A DNA stretch of 61,546 nt from Actinomycetes bacterium (GCA_021801525.1 JAJYXW010000040.1:1-61546), one strand, 5' to 3'. Shown: positions 1 through 9,754, numbered from the stretch's first letter. The notes: generated by a model from the letters alone, not told the origin. Program-made: numbers and translations.

Positions 1-25
1 CGGGCGGCTCGCTGACCATGGCTCC

Positions 26-1399
26 TTGCGGCCCCTGCCTGTGGACAGGCCGGTGAGCACCCGGATCCTCGTCCTCGCGACGGACTTCCCGTGGCCTGCG
101 AACACCGGCTACCGCCGGCGCCTCGCGATGCAGGTCGAGGCCCTCGCTGAAATGGGCGACGTCGAGCTGTTCGCGATCACCCCCCCGGGGCGGCGCGAGC
201 CCTGCGAGCTGCCGGAAGCGTCAGGGGTCGTCGCGAGCGCCGCGCTTTCGAGAGCGCGGGTAGTGCCCGGTCCCCTCACCCGCCTCCTCGTCCGCCCACC
301 AGGCCCGGCGGCCAAAGCGATCGAGAGTGAGCGGCTCGGGAGCGAGTGGCTCGCGAAGGCTGTGGCCCGGGCCGAGTTCGCCACCCGTCGCGCATGGAGC
401 CTGGTCACAGCGCCGCTGCCAGCCGACCTGCCCGCGCCCAACGCCGCGGCGCTGCGCGACGGGCTCCGCCGGTTCGCGAGGCCGCCGTACGACCTCCTCT
501 GGTGCTCGCGCCCCGAGGCATTCATCGACCTCGGCTGCCCCCGGCTCGGCCGGACGGTACTCGACCTCGAGGACCTCGAGTTCGTAAAGCTCGAGGCCAT
601 GCGCGCGCATCTCGTGGAAGCTGCAAAGGCCACCGGTCTCCTCAGCTCGCGTGGGCTGCACCTGCGCGCAGCCTGGGCCGCATCCGAGGCGCGCCGCTGG
701 CGCCACGCGATCTCCTTGGCTGTGTCCCGGGTGGACCTTGCAGCGCTCTGCAGCGAGGAGGACGCCGCTCGCCTCGCCCTGCTCGGTTGTGCAGCCGAGC
801 TGCGCGTAGTGCCCAACGGCTACCCAGCGCCGAGGGCGCCCGCTGGGAGCTCTGCCCTGCACGACCCACCGGTCGTAGCACTTCACGGGCACCTGTGGTA
901 CGGCCCGAACCGCGATGCCGCCCTCGTCCTCGTGAACGAGGTCGGGCCGCGCCTCAGGCGCCTCGTGCCCGGCGTGCAGGTGCGCCTGATCGGTGAGGCC
1001 CCTCCCGAGCTCCACGCGCTCCACGACCCCCCGAGGGTGGTGGTGACCGGAGGGGTAAAGGACATGGCGGCGGCGTTGGCCGAGGTAGACCTCGTCGCGG
1101 CACCCATCCCGTACGGGAGCGGCACCCGTACGAAGCTGGTGGAAGCCTTTGCCCACCGCATCCCGGTCGTGTCGAGCACCGTTGGGGCAGAAGGCCTAGG
1201 AGCAGAGCACGGACAGCATCTCCTCCTGGCGGACGCCCCCGGCGCTTTCGCCGTGGCCTGCTCCCGCCTGCTAGGTGACGCCGCACTGCGAAGGGATCTA
1301 GCCGGAGCCGCCCAGGCCCTCTTCGAAGAGCGCTTCGAAGCGGCCTCGGTGAAGCGAGCCGTCAGCGAGGCTGCCGCTTCGGTTCTCTCCAATCGATAG
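26..1399 (+). CDS. glycosyltransferase, GT4-like (GT-B fold)
   Basis: 457-aa ORF. The C-terminal half carries a group-1 GT region (VVSSTVGAEGLG..HLLLADAP..LRRDLAGAAQALFEERF). TTG start at 26; the alternative GTG at 53 (VSTRILVLATD) gives a more typical N-terminus. Confidence 0.8.
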   Translation: MRPLPVDRPVSTRILVLATDFPWPANTGYRRRLAMQVEALAEMGDVELFAITPPGRREPCELPEASGVVASAALSRARVVPGPLTRLLVRPPGPAAKAIESERLGSEWLAKAVARAEFATRRAWSLVTAPLPADLPAPNAAALRDGLRRFARPPYDLLWCSRPEAFIDLGCPRLGRTVLDLEDLEFVKLEAMRAHLVEAAKATGLLSSRGLHLRAAWAASEARRWRHAISLAVSRVDLAALCSEEDAARLALLGCAAELRVVPNGYPAPRAPAGSSALHDPPVVALHGHLWYGPNRDAALVLVNEVGPRLRRLVPGVQVRLIGEAPPELHALHDPPRVVVTGGVKDMAAALAEVDLVAAPIPYGSGTRTKLVEAFAHRIPVVSSTVGAEGLGAEHGQHLLLADAPGAFAVACSRLLGDAALRRDLAGAAQALFEERFEAASVKRAVSEAAASVLSNR

Positions 1400-1839
1400 C
1401 GCACCGACTTCTGCCGCACTATGTGCTCTGGTGCCCACGTCAGGTGTCTATCGAAGCGCCCGCCTGCCACTGTGTCCCCCATCTATCACGCCGGCCTGGA
1501 CATACCGGCCAGGCCGCTGCCTGTTTAGCCACTACCCGTAAGTACATAGGTGCATATTGGCAGGCATATCGCGAGCACATTTCCTACATGAGCGCGAATA
1601 AGTGCGGGGCCTCATTCGTCCATATAGTGCCGAGCGAGCTTAGTGACATTGTGGCCTCTGGATTTCGCCACATTGATCATTGACAAGGGCATGCAATCCG
1701 TGTTCTCTTGTCGGTAGCATCACCCCGGCGAGGGGCTGTGCGCGCCGCGGAGGGGAGGGGTTTTCCGCTTGACGGTAACCGCAGTGTCCCTGAAGCGGGA
1801 CCACATACACGACCAGTAACGAAAAAGGAGAATCACCGT

Positions 1840-2328
1840 ATGATGAAGAAACTCATCCTAAGCAGTGTGGCAGCTGCCACCCTCGCCGGAGGGATGGCCG
1901 TCGCGTTCGCCGCGCCGGCCTTTGCCGAGGCGAGCGGCCCGAACCTCGACGCGTGCTCTACTAACGGAGCGCCTATCGCGGTGAACGGGGTCAACCCGGG
2001 CAGCCCGTCGGCGACCGGCGGAGCCCAGGTCTGCCTCGCTCCGAACAGCGCGAACCCGGTCCTGCCGAACGGCGGGTCCGTCACCGCAAGCGGCAGCGCG
2101 ACGAACCAGTCCGGCTACGTCATCGCCCAGGGCGGGGATCACAACAAGGGCGCGCTCGCCGGCTACATCGGCGTGAGCGGCAGCGCTACGGGCGGCTTCA
2201 ACGTGGTCGGCTGCAACCACGGCGACTTCACGAACAGCAATGCTGACAACGTGATCGTCGGGACCAGTGGGCCTGGCCCGCAGAACCCGGTGACGGGTAG
2301 CTGCAGCGCGGTTCCGGCAGTTCCCTGA
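1840..2328 (+). CDS. small secreted Gly/Asn/Ser-rich protein, unknown function
   Basis: In-frame ATGATG at 1840, 9 nt after AAAAAGGAG. Sec-type signal peptide MMKKLILSSVAAATLAGGMAVAFAAPAFA/EA. Four Cys residues. The upstream part of ORF 1708..2328 lacks an RBS and looks non-coding. Confidence 0.6.
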   Translation: MMKKLILSSVAAATLAGGMAVAFAAPAFAEASGPNLDACSTNGAPIAVNGVNPGSPSATGGAQVCLAPNSANPVLPNGGSVTASGSATNQSGYVIAQGGDHNKGALAGYIGVSGSATGGFNVVGCNHGDFTNSNADNVIVGTSGPGPQNPVTGSCSAVPAVP

Positions 2329-2387
2329 GCCCGTCATGACCCAAGCTCACCGGGGCTGACACAACGGCGCAACCCGGTGAGGAGTGA

Positions 2388-2426
2388 GAAGCCGGAGGGA
2401 TCCTCGTGCTCCCTCCGGCTTCTTCG
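2388..2426 (+). terminator. putative intrinsic terminator hairpin after the small secreted protein gene
   Basis: GAAGCCGGAGGGA (2388-2400), a 9-nt loop, TCCCTCCGGCTTC (2410-2422), then TTCG. This is a perfect 13-bp stem but the T-tract is weak. Confidence 0.45.
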
Positions 2427-2569
2427 CGTCTCGTGCCGGAGCGACCACTCAGTTCGCCACGCTCATCGCATTGGCCGTGATTAGCGGCGCTCTGGAGCGT
2501 TACCCAGCCATGGTGAACGCGACAGCCCTCCCGGGCACCCACAGGAGGCCGAGGCGGCGCACACGCCCC

Positions 2570-3580
2570 ATGGGGCGCCCCGAGCGCTCTGTACGCCCTG
2601 TGCTCGGCGTGCTCAGTGCCCTGGCTGCCACGGCGCTAGTCGCGACATCTTGCGGGTCGAGCACGCCTCGGGGTGGGGCCGCGAAGTCCGCGTCCAGCGC
2701 GTCAGGCAACGCCGGCGCCAGGTCCGCTGCCATTGCCAAGGGATCGCCGGGCACGAAGCCAGGCAGCAGCTCCTCCCAGGCCGCCACTAGCTCCAAGCCA
2801 TCTCAGGGACGATACGCTACCCCTGGCGGCGGCACGAGCACGGGCTCTGTGGGCCAAGGCGCTGGCAGCTCCTCCACCAGGCAGGCCGAGGTGGCCGCTG
2901 CAGACCATGCGCTCTCCTCGTACTTCGCCGCGCTCTCCTCCCACAACGCGAGTGCGCTCGGGTCAGTCTCCACCGGCCCCGCACAGGACTACGGCGTGGT
3001 GCTCGTGGACATCGCCTCTATCGACCAGAAGAAGGGCGCGACGGTATCCACCAGGACCTCGCCTTCCTTCACGGTCAGCTCAGCTACCCCCACGCAGGTC
3101 GTCTTCGGAGGTTCTGGGACCGTCACCGGCACGGTGTCGGGCCCGAAAGGATCCAACACCTCCACCGACACCCTCTCGGGCCCGCTCGTCGTGGTGAGAG
3201 GCAGCTCCGGTTGGCTCGTCTCCTCGTTCCTCGTGAACGCGAAGCCAATGGTCGAATGGGTGGAGGCGCAGACGCAATCGGAGGGGGGCATCACAGTCGA
3301 GGTTGGCAGCATCCTCTCCTACGGCGACATCACCATGGTGCTCATAGCCCTCGGAGCCCCCTCGGGCAGCTCGCACGTGGTGCTCCAGAGCGCAGTGCTC
3401 ACGAGCCCGTCCGGCAGCGAGACCGGAACCGGCAACTTCACCGCCCCGCCCACTCCTGTCGGCGTGCTCCGCTTTGCGAGGATTGGCGGCAATCCGAGCG
3501 CCCTCGCCCTCTCCTTCTCGACCTCGAGCGGGTCCACCCTCTCCTACCACTTCGGGCTGAGCGCCGGTCCCACCTCCTGA
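2570..3580 (+). CDS. putative lipoprotein, Ser/Gly/Thr-rich linker plus globular domain, unknown function
   Basis: The internal ATG at 2570 gives MGRPERSVRPVLGVLSALAATALVATSCGSS, a signal peptide plus lipobox-like ATSC. The ORF-track start at 2384 lies inside the upstream hairpin, so it was rejected. ATG 2510 is also possible. Confidence 0.55.
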   Translation: MGRPERSVRPVLGVLSALAATALVATSCGSSTPRGGAAKSASSASGNAGARSAAIAKGSPGTKPGSSSSQAATSSKPSQGRYATPGGGTSTGSVGQGAGSSSTRQAEVAAADHALSSYFAALSSHNASALGSVSTGPAQDYGVVLVDIASIDQKKGATVSTRTSPSFTVSSATPTQVVFGGSGTVTGTVSGPKGSNTSTDTLSGPLVVVRGSSGWLVSSFLVNAKPMVEWVEAQTQSEGGITVEVGSILSYGDITMVLIALGAPSGSSHVVLQSAVLTSPSGSETGTGNFTAPPTPVGVLRFARIGGNPSALALSFSTSSGSTLSYHFGLSAGPTS

Positions 3581-3603
3581 GGAGCCGACCTCCTGAGGAG
3601 GCA
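3572..3603. repeat. 16-bp tandem duplication spanning the lipoprotein stop codon
   Basis: ACCTCCTGAGGAG occurs at 3572-3584 and 3588-3600. Each copy contains the CCTCC-TGA-GGAGG palindrome. Confidence 0.8.
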
Positions 3604-3656
3604 GCGCCGGCTCGTGTCAATCATCCGGCTCGCCTGAGCCAGCCGGACAGGCGCCC

Positions 3657-5474
3657 TCAGCCGGCTGCCTCGACCTCTTCCAAGGGAGCATCGTCCGCCG
3701 CGTGCGGCGTGCCGTCCGCGGACGGCACCCCGAAGCCGGCGCCAGGAGCGGAGATCGTCCCTTCCTCTCCGGTACGGGCCGGAGCGTGGAGCAACCTCGG
3801 CGACTCCGGGGCGAAGGCGGGTCGACCGAGCCCGTGCAGGCGCAAGAAGCGCGCCATGCTCCTGAAGTGCCAGATGGTGGCACGCGTGAGGAACCGCTTT
3901 GACGTGAGCGCGCCCAGGTCGTGCTCCGCCAGGGCGCCCGGTACGTAAGCGACTGCGTAACCCGCGTCCCAGGCCCGCCGGCAGAGGTCGATGTCCTCGC
4001 AGTAGAGGCGGTACCCCTCGTCGAGACCGCCGAGGTCGTCCCATACCTGACGCCGGACGGCCATGGCCGCCCCGAGCACCCAGTCGACGCTGCATGGGCG
4101 CTTCAGGCGTGCGAGGTGATCCGCCTCCATCATGTGTCGCCGCTCTCCCTCGAATCCTCCTGGGAAAGCCCAGCGCAGAGGCGTCCTCCGCACCAGCGAT
4201 ACCCAGCCTGTCGGGAAGCGCCGTGCCGAGTGCTGGTCGGAGCCGTCGGGGTACACGAGGCGCGGCCCGCAGATCCCGACCTCGGGGTGAGCGTCGAGCA
4301 CTTCGATCAGGGTCGCGAGCGCGCCCTTGCGAAGCCTTGCATCGGGGTTCAACAGCACGATCACCTCGCCCAGCGCCAGGCGCGCGCCGAGGTTCGCGTT
4401 AGCTGCAAATCCCCGGCGGCGCGCAGAGCGCACCACCCTCGCCTTGGGGTACGCCTCTGCCGCAACGTCCGCAGAGGCATCCCTCGACGCGTTGTCGACC
4501 ACCACGACCTCGAGCGAACAAGCGGCCGCCTCGCCCCTGACGGCGGCCAGGCATGCGCCTATGTCGTCCGCTGAGTCGTGGGTGACGATGACGACGCTGA
4601 CATCAGGGAGCACCTCGCGGCCCGGCTCGGGCTGCAACGAGAGCGACCCTCCGCCTGCGAGCGCGTGCACAGCCTCGCCGGAGGGCTTGGGACGTCCAGG
4701 GTGCCTCCAAAGCGCGACCGCTCTCGACACGGTGCGAAGGGCGATCCGCATGTCGAACCACAGGCTCCAGCGCTCCAGGTACGCGCGGTCGATCTGCCGA
4801 CCCTCCTCCGGGTCGAGCCACCAGCTCCCGGCAACCTGCCACAGGCCGGTGATCCCGGGAAGCGTCGGGAGCCGCCAGCGGAACAGCTCCGGCGCTTCGC
4901 TCATCTCCGAAGGGAGGAAGGGCCTCGGACCAACCAAGCTCATCTGCCCCGCGAGCACGTTCAGGAGCTGCGGCACCTCGTCGAGGCAGGTGCGCCGGAG
5001 GACGCTGCCCACCCTGGTCACCCTGGGATCAGCACTCATCTTGAAGAAGGGCCCTCTCGCCTCGTTCGACGCGGCGAGCCCGGGCAGCATCGCCTCCGCG
5101 CCCGTCACCATCGAGCGGAACTTCCACATCCTGAAGGTTCTCCCCCCGCGCCCGACACGCACCTGGCGGAAGAAGACCGGCCCCGGGCTCTCGACCTTGA
5201 TGGCCAGGGCGACCACGAGCGCGAAGGGTGCGAAGGCCACCAGCGCCGCCAGGGCAAGCAAGTAGTCCGCCACCCGCTTGCAGGCCCACGCGGTGCGTCC
5301 TGGCGCGAACTCCAAGTTCGCGGTGCGTCCTGGCGCGAGCCCGCAGGTCTCGCGGCTTCCCGGTGCGGATCGGGCGGCGTCATCGTGCAGGCTGCCAGTT
5401 CGACCCGACAACTTGCCTCCCCACTGCAAGAGGGCGTCGCTCATCGCCGAGGTCGCCATCTTCACGGCCGGCAC
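3657..5474 (-). CDS. bifunctional phosphoglycosyl transferase (bacterial sugar transferase domain) fused to a GT2 glycosyltransferase
   Basis: N-terminal half: reentrant helix plus VESPGPVFFRQVRVGRGGRTFRMWKFRSM..DEVPQLLNVLAGQMSLVGPRP (WbaP/PglC-type). C-terminal half: VSVVIVTHDSADD..VVVVDNASRD..GFAANANLG..LNPD..CEDIDLCRR (GT2). Confidence 0.8.
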   Translation of the reverse strand: MPAVKMATSAMSDALLQWGGKLSGRTGSLHDDAARSAPGSRETCGLAPGRTANLEFAPGRTAWACKRVADYLLALAALVAFAPFALVVALAIKVESPGPVFFRQVRVGRGGRTFRMWKFRSMVTGAEAMLPGLAASNEARGPFFKMSADPRVTRVGSVLRRTCLDEVPQLLNVLAGQMSLVGPRPFLPSEMSEAPELFRWRLPTLPGITGLWQVAGSWWLDPEEGRQIDRAYLERWSLWFDMRIALRTVSRAVALWRHPGRPKPSGEAVHALAGGGSLSLQPEPGREVLPDVSVVIVTHDSADDIGACLAAVRGEAAACSLEVVVVDNASRDASADVAAEAYPKARVVRSARRRGFAANANLGARLALGEVIVLLNPDARLRKGALATLIEVLDAHPEVGICGPRLVYPDGSDQHSARRFPTGWVSLVRRTPLRWAFPGGFEGERRHMMEADHLARLKRPCSVDWVLGAAMAVRRQVWDDLGGLDEGYRLYCEDIDLCRRAWDAGYAVAYVPGALAEHDLGALTSKRFLTRATIWHFRSMARFLRLHGLGRPAFAPESPRLLHAPARTGEEGTISAPGAGFGVPSADGTPHAADDAPLEEVEAAG

Positions 5475-7072
5475 CGGGCCCGGCCGCCCTGTCCCGCCAG
5501 AGCAGCGCTCGACAGCTCGTGGGCTCGGAGCGCGAGGGCGACGAGCAGCGTGTCGTCGGGGTCGTCGAACACCAGGCCGGTAAGGCGCTCGAAGCGCTCC
5601 AGGCGCGTCGAGAGGGTGTGGCGGTGCACGCCGAGACGCCTGGCGGCGCCAAGCACGTTGCCGCCCTGCGCGATGAACGCTGACGCGGCGGCCAGCAGGC
5701 TCGCCGCTTCCTCGGAGGGCGCACGACCCGCCTGGACACCGAGCGGGCCCAGTACAGCAGCCTCTATCTCCGCAGCGCGCGCCGAGTCACCGAGCAGCAG
5801 CAGGGGCACGAGCGCCCTGCGATGGCCGATTACCATGAGCCCCTCCGAGCCCGGTCGCCACCCGGGCCGCTCCGAAGAGAGGCAAGCGACTCGAAGCGAC
5901 TCGAGCGCCTGCTCGTAGCTCGCCCTGATGCCCGCAGGACCGGTTCCCGCGAGGCCCACGCCGGCCGCGACCCGCGTGCCCTCGGGGAGCACCAGACCCG
6001 AGAGTGCCTTCGAGAGGAAGGCTTCCACCTTGTCGCAAGCATGCTCGCCGGCGCTGTCCTCATCACCACGGACCGGGAACGCCGCAACCAGCCCCCGGTC
6101 GCGCCCGGAATCGTGATCCACATCGATCTCGAGGACTCGCCCGGTATCGCGTCCGGTATCGCGTCGGCCTAGCGCGTCCCTGGCGAGCCGGCTGACGCGC
6201 CTCGAGCACATCGGCGGGCCGGCTCCGATGTCCGCACTCTCGATCTCCGACAGCAGTTTGTCGAGGAGAACCCCCGGGTCCTCGACCCCACGCGCCAGGG
6301 TGCTGAGCGCCACCACTGCGAGCACATAGAGGCCTCCTGCAAGCCAGGCCGGCTCTGGCACCTGGCCCGACCCGGGGCCTGATGCGGCAGGGGCGGCGTC
6401 CAGCAGCTCGTCAAGCGCGTTGCCGCCCGGCAACGGATCCTGCGCCTGGAGGTTCTCGTGAAATCCTTCGGTGAGCGCAGCCGTGCTGCGCCCGCTGCCC
6501 ATCACCGCGGCCTTCGCGAGCATGGCGAGCATCGTCCTGGCGCTCTGCGGATCCCCGACCTCCCCGTCGAGCCCTGCGATGAGGGTCTCGAATGCGGCGC
6601 GGCAGGCCGCCTCGTGGCAGGCGAGGACAGTGTCGAGGCCAAGGCCCTCACGGCGGAGGATGCGACCGAGCGCGCGGTGGCAGCCGAATGGCGCTCCGGG
6701 ATGCGGCGGCTCACCCTGGAGGGCGGCGCTCAACAGGTAGCCCGCGTACTCGCGCCCGGCCGCGTGCAACATCGATACGCAGGACTCACCGAGTGGCGTA
6801 GTCCCCCCGGCGCCGTAAGCCCCGAGGAAGGCGTCGCGCAGGGTCGCAGCCAGCTCGTCTAGCCGCTCGATCAAGCCGCCCGGCGCGCCATGAGCAGAGC
6901 CCCCGCTGGAATCGGGATCGGGCCCCCAGGTGTCCGTAGCCGCGATCTGCCCATCCGAGTCATCCATCACGACGAGAGCCGGCACCGCCAGGTTGCCTCG
7001 AGTGCCGCCGGTTCCGGCGTCACCAAGACGACTGGGGCTTGCTGCCACGGCTCCTCCCGAACTCGCAACCAT
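5462..7072 (-). CDS. PucR/CdaR-like transcriptional regulator
   Basis: C-terminal HTH NVLGAARRLGVHRHTLSTRLERFERLTGLVFDDPDDTLLVALALRA, typical of the PucR C-terminal domain. The gene overlaps the downstream transferase gene by 13 nt. Confidence 0.7.
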   Translation of the reverse strand: MVASSGGAVAASPSRLGDAGTGGTRGNLAVPALVVMDDSDGQIAATDTWGPDPDSSGGSAHGAPGGLIERLDELAATLRDAFLGAYGAGGTTPLGESCVSMLHAAGREYAGYLLSAALQGEPPHPGAPFGCHRALGRILRREGLGLDTVLACHEAACRAAFETLIAGLDGEVGDPQSARTMLAMLAKAAVMGSGRSTAALTEGFHENLQAQDPLPGGNALDELLDAAPAASGPGSGQVPEPAWLAGGLYVLAVVALSTLARGVEDPGVLLDKLLSEIESADIGAGPPMCSRRVSRLARDALGRRDTGRDTGRVLEIDVDHDSGRDRGLVAAFPVRGDEDSAGEHACDKVEAFLSKALSGLVLPEGTRVAAGVGLAGTGPAGIRASYEQALESLRVACLSSERPGWRPGSEGLMVIGHRRALVPLLLLGDSARAAEIEAAVLGPLGVQAGRAPSEEAASLLAAASAFIAQGGNVLGAARRLGVHRHTLSTRLERFERLTGLVFDDPDDTLLVALALRAHELSSAALAGQGGRARCRP

Positions 7073-7225
7073 CCGAGCCGACCAGGTGTGGTCAGCCGGT
7101 CACTGCGTGCCCCCACGACGCGGCCCCCGCCGGTCCTCGGCGCCCTGTCATCGAGGGCAACGGGACGAAGCGCCACACCTTGCGGTGGAATGACCATCCC
7201 TGCGCTCCGACGCTCGCAATGAGCC

Positions 7226-8479
7226 TTGCGTTCGGGCGTTCCCGCTTTGATGACCTCACGAAGCCTCACGCCTCGGCACGCGGACCTCGCCGAGGCCTCC
7301 TCTTCCTCTGACGGGATCGCCTCTGACGGGATCGCCTCTGACGGGATCGCCTCTGACGGGCTCTCCACCGCTGGGCAGTCGCCGATCGGCCACGTCGTTG
7401 CCGTGTGCGCCACAGCCGGCTGGCTCGCCGCAGGTGCAGGTGACACCCGCGTGCTCTGGGACAGCCGCGTGCTCTACCAGTCACTTCTCAGGTGGGGAGC
7501 GGGGTCGGTAGTGCCGCTGGCCCGCTTCGCCCGCTGGCAGGCACCGTTGGTACCGGCGGCGAGGCTGGCGTCGCACCCGCCCGGCAGCACGTCGCGCTGG
7601 AGGTCCACGACGCTGGCAAGGAGCATTCGCGACCTCGCCCAGGTACGCCACGTGGTGCCACCGGCCGGCACCGAGGTCCTCTACGGCCATATCGCATTTC
7701 CGGCCTGCGGCGGGCTCCCGACCATATGGAGCACCCAGGGAGTGCTGGACACCTATCCGGGCGTCTGGTTCCCCGAGCAGTCTGCCCGCACCCACGAGCG
7801 ATTCGCCCAGCGCGCAGCGGTCGTCCAGTGCTGGTCCGAGCTCGGTCGCCGCGGCATGCTCGAGCGCTGCGAGCACCTCGAGCAGTCCCGCGTCCTTGTG
7901 GTCCCTCCCCTCGTGTACGTCGACCTCGACTTGGCGGACGGCACCGGCCAGCCGTCGCGAAATCGCGAGCCCGGCGACGTGAAGGCGATCTTCGTCGGTG
8001 CCGAGGGCGCCCGAAAAGGGCTGCGGGAGCTCGTCTCCGCCGTGGATCGCACCGGTCCGGGCCTCCGCTTGGAAGTGGTTACCGCAGATCCCCGGCCGGA
8101 GCAGCTCCCTTCGTCAGTGGACTGGCTCGGACCGCTCCCCCGTGCCGAGGTGCTGCGCCGTTTCACAGAGAGCGACATCCACGTGCTGCCGAGCCTTACG
8201 GAGTCCTTCGGCGGCGTATGCGTGGAGGCGCTCGCGGCGGGCATTCCCCAGGTGCTGGCTCCCGGCACCGTGCCGGCCGAGATAGCCGGGGACAGCGCAA
8301 TCCTGGCGGACCCCTCCGACCCGGCGGCAATTGCCGGTGCACTCGCTAGGCTTGCCGGGGACGCCTCGTTGCGCGCACGACTCGGCCGTCTCGCCCGGCA
8401 GCGCTTCGAGAGCTTCTACTGCCCCGAGGCCGTGGGCCCGAGAATGGCCGAGCTCGTCGAGCAAGCTTGCGCCAGCTGA
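7226..8479 (+). CDS. glycosyltransferase, GT4-like
   Basis: C-terminal motif VLPSLTESFGGVCVEALAAGIPQV..DPSDPAAIAGAL..LRARLG. The start is uncertain. The first ~85 codons contain two tandem repeats and may be leader sequence rather than coding. Confidence 0.7.
   Translation: MRSGVPALMTSRSLTPRHADLAEASSSSDGIASDGIASDGIASDGLSTAGQSPIGHVVAVCATAGWLAAGAGDTRVLWDSRVLYQSLLRWGAGSVVPLARFARWQAPLVPAARLASHPPGSTSRWRSTTLARSIRDLAQVRHVVPPAGTEVLYGHIAFPACGGLPTIWSTQGVLDTYPGVWFPEQSARTHERFAQRAAVVQCWSELGRRGMLERCEHLEQSRVLVVPPLVYVDLDLADGTGQPSRNREPGDVKAIFVGAEGARKGLRELVSAVDRTGPGLRLEVVTADPRPEQLPSSVDWLGPLPRAEVLRRFTESDIHVLPSLTESFGGVCVEALAAGIPQVLAPGTVPAEIAGDSAILADPSDPAAIAGALARLAGDASLRARLGRLARQRFESFYCPEAVGPRMAELVEQACAS
7306..7363. 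repeat. 15-bp tandem repeat, about 3.8 copies (CTCTGACGGGATCGC)
   Basis: Read directly. If translated in the frame of ORF 7226 it gives SDGIASDGIASDGIASDG. Confidence 0.9.
7447..7482. repeat. 18-bp tandem duplication (CCGCGTGCTCT core)
   Basis: CCGCGTGCTCT occurs at 7447 and 7465. Each copy carries a candidate GTG start (..RVLWDS RVLYQS..). Confidence 0.7.
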
Positions 8480-8506
8480 GGAGAGCAAGCCTGCGGAACC
8501 TGCGGA
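8459..8506. repeat. 24-bp tandem duplication spanning the stop codon of the GT4 gene
   Basis: GAGCAAGCTTGCGCCAGCTGAGGA followed by GAGCAAGCCTGCGGAACCTGCGGA. Confidence 0.7.
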
Positions 8507-8535
8507 GAGAGACGGAGACGTGAGAGGCCCGGCGG

Positions 8536-9732
8536 ATGGGCGAGGTGAACAAGGCACGCGAGGTATCGTCGATGCCGGTGGCACCAACCGGGACGGTAGC
8601 AGTCATTGCACAAGCCCGGTGGTCGGGATTTCGCCTGAGCAAGCAGTTCATCGCCCTCGCGTTCGCCGAGCTCGGCTGGCACGCGCTCTACGTCGATCCC
8701 CCCCTCAGCCCGATGTCGGTCGTCCGCCACCGCGAACGTGTGGCAGACCTGCTCGCCCCCCGCAGTGAGCGCCACTCGGAAAGGCTCTCGATCTGGCGGC
8801 CGGTGGCCATTCCGGGCCAGAACGCACGCTTGGGCCAACGCTCGAACGCCGGGCACCTGGCTCGCGGCATCCTCCGGCGGCTCGGCCAACCCGACCTCAC
8901 CGTCGCCTTCTCACTCGAGTCCCGGGCGACGCTGCCCCGACTGGATGGTCGGAGCATCTACCACTGCACCGACAGTGACGAGGACCTGCCGGGAGCCGAC
9001 GCCGAGCGTATCCGCCGCTACGTGCGCGAGATTGCGTCGATAGCCGGCACGGTGACAGCTTGCTCCGTGCCGCTCGTGCAGCAGCTGCGCGAACGTGGCA
9101 TCCGCGCCACATACGTGCCTCACGGATGTGACGGCGAATCGCTGGCGCCGGCGGTCCCGGCGGCAGAGCTCGAGCACCTGCCTCGGCCGCTGCTCGGCTA
9201 CGTGGGAAGCGTCAACTTCCGGGTAGACCCTGCCTTGCTCGGGGCCGCCCTCGACTCGGCCCACGAGGTATCCGGGAGTGGCACGCTGGTGCTCATCGGC
9301 GGATCGTTCGGCCCGAGAGCGCCCGCTTCCCTCGCGTCGCTCCTCGGGCGTCGTCACGTCGTGCGCCTTCCCCAGCAGTCCCCGAAGGCTCTGCGGTCCT
9401 ACATGGCCGCGCTGGACATAGCCCTCGTCCCCTACAGCGCACACCCGTTCAACCGCAAGTCCTTTCCCATAAAGATCCCGCAGTACCTCGGGGCGGGCTT
9501 GCCTGTCGTCTCCACGCCCAACGGTGCCACCGACGAGCTTGGCAGGCACCTCTACGTCGCCGAGGGCACCGACGGCTTCGCCGCCGCCGTAGCTCGGGCG
9601 CTCGAAGACGACACGCCGCAGCTTCACCAGGAGCGGCGCCAAGCGGCGCTCGCGCGCCCGTGGAGCCAGGTGGCCGAAGACCTCGTCGCAGCAGCCTGCG
9701 GAGGAGAACCTTCCCTCGGAGAGCAGCCGTAG
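8536..9732 (+). CDS. glycosyltransferase, GT-B fold (TuaH-like/group 1), tentative
   Basis: 398-aa ORF. The C-terminal half (LLGYVGSVNFRVD..LVLIGG..ALDIALVPY..FPIKIPQYLGAGLPVVSTP) resembles the nucleotide-sugar-binding half of a GT-B enzyme. It sits inside a GT cluster. Confidence 0.55.
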   Translation: MGEVNKAREVSSMPVAPTGTVAVIAQARWSGFRLSKQFIALAFAELGWHALYVDPPLSPMSVVRHRERVADLLAPRSERHSERLSIWRPVAIPGQNARLGQRSNAGHLARGILRRLGQPDLTVAFSLESRATLPRLDGRSIYHCTDSDEDLPGADAERIRRYVREIASIAGTVTACSVPLVQQLRERGIRATYVPHGCDGESLAPAVPAAELEHLPRPLLGYVGSVNFRVDPALLGAALDSAHEVSGSGTLVLIGGSFGPRAPASLASLLGRRHVVRLPQQSPKALRSYMAALDIALVPYSAHPFNRKSFPIKIPQYLGAGLPVVSTPNGATDELGRHLYVAEGTDGFAAAVARALEDDTPQLHQERRQAALARPWSQVAEDLVAAACGGEPSLGEQP

Positions 9733-9754
9733 CGCAATCGATCCAGAGGCCCGT

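Noticed and set aside
1708-1839. Upstream 44 codons of ORF 1708..2328, and the 2384 start of the lipoprotein ORF.
   Set aside because: There is no RBS. A strong RBS and signal peptide occur at the internal ATG 1840. The 2384 start lies inside a 13-bp-stem hairpin that looks like the terminator of the previous gene.
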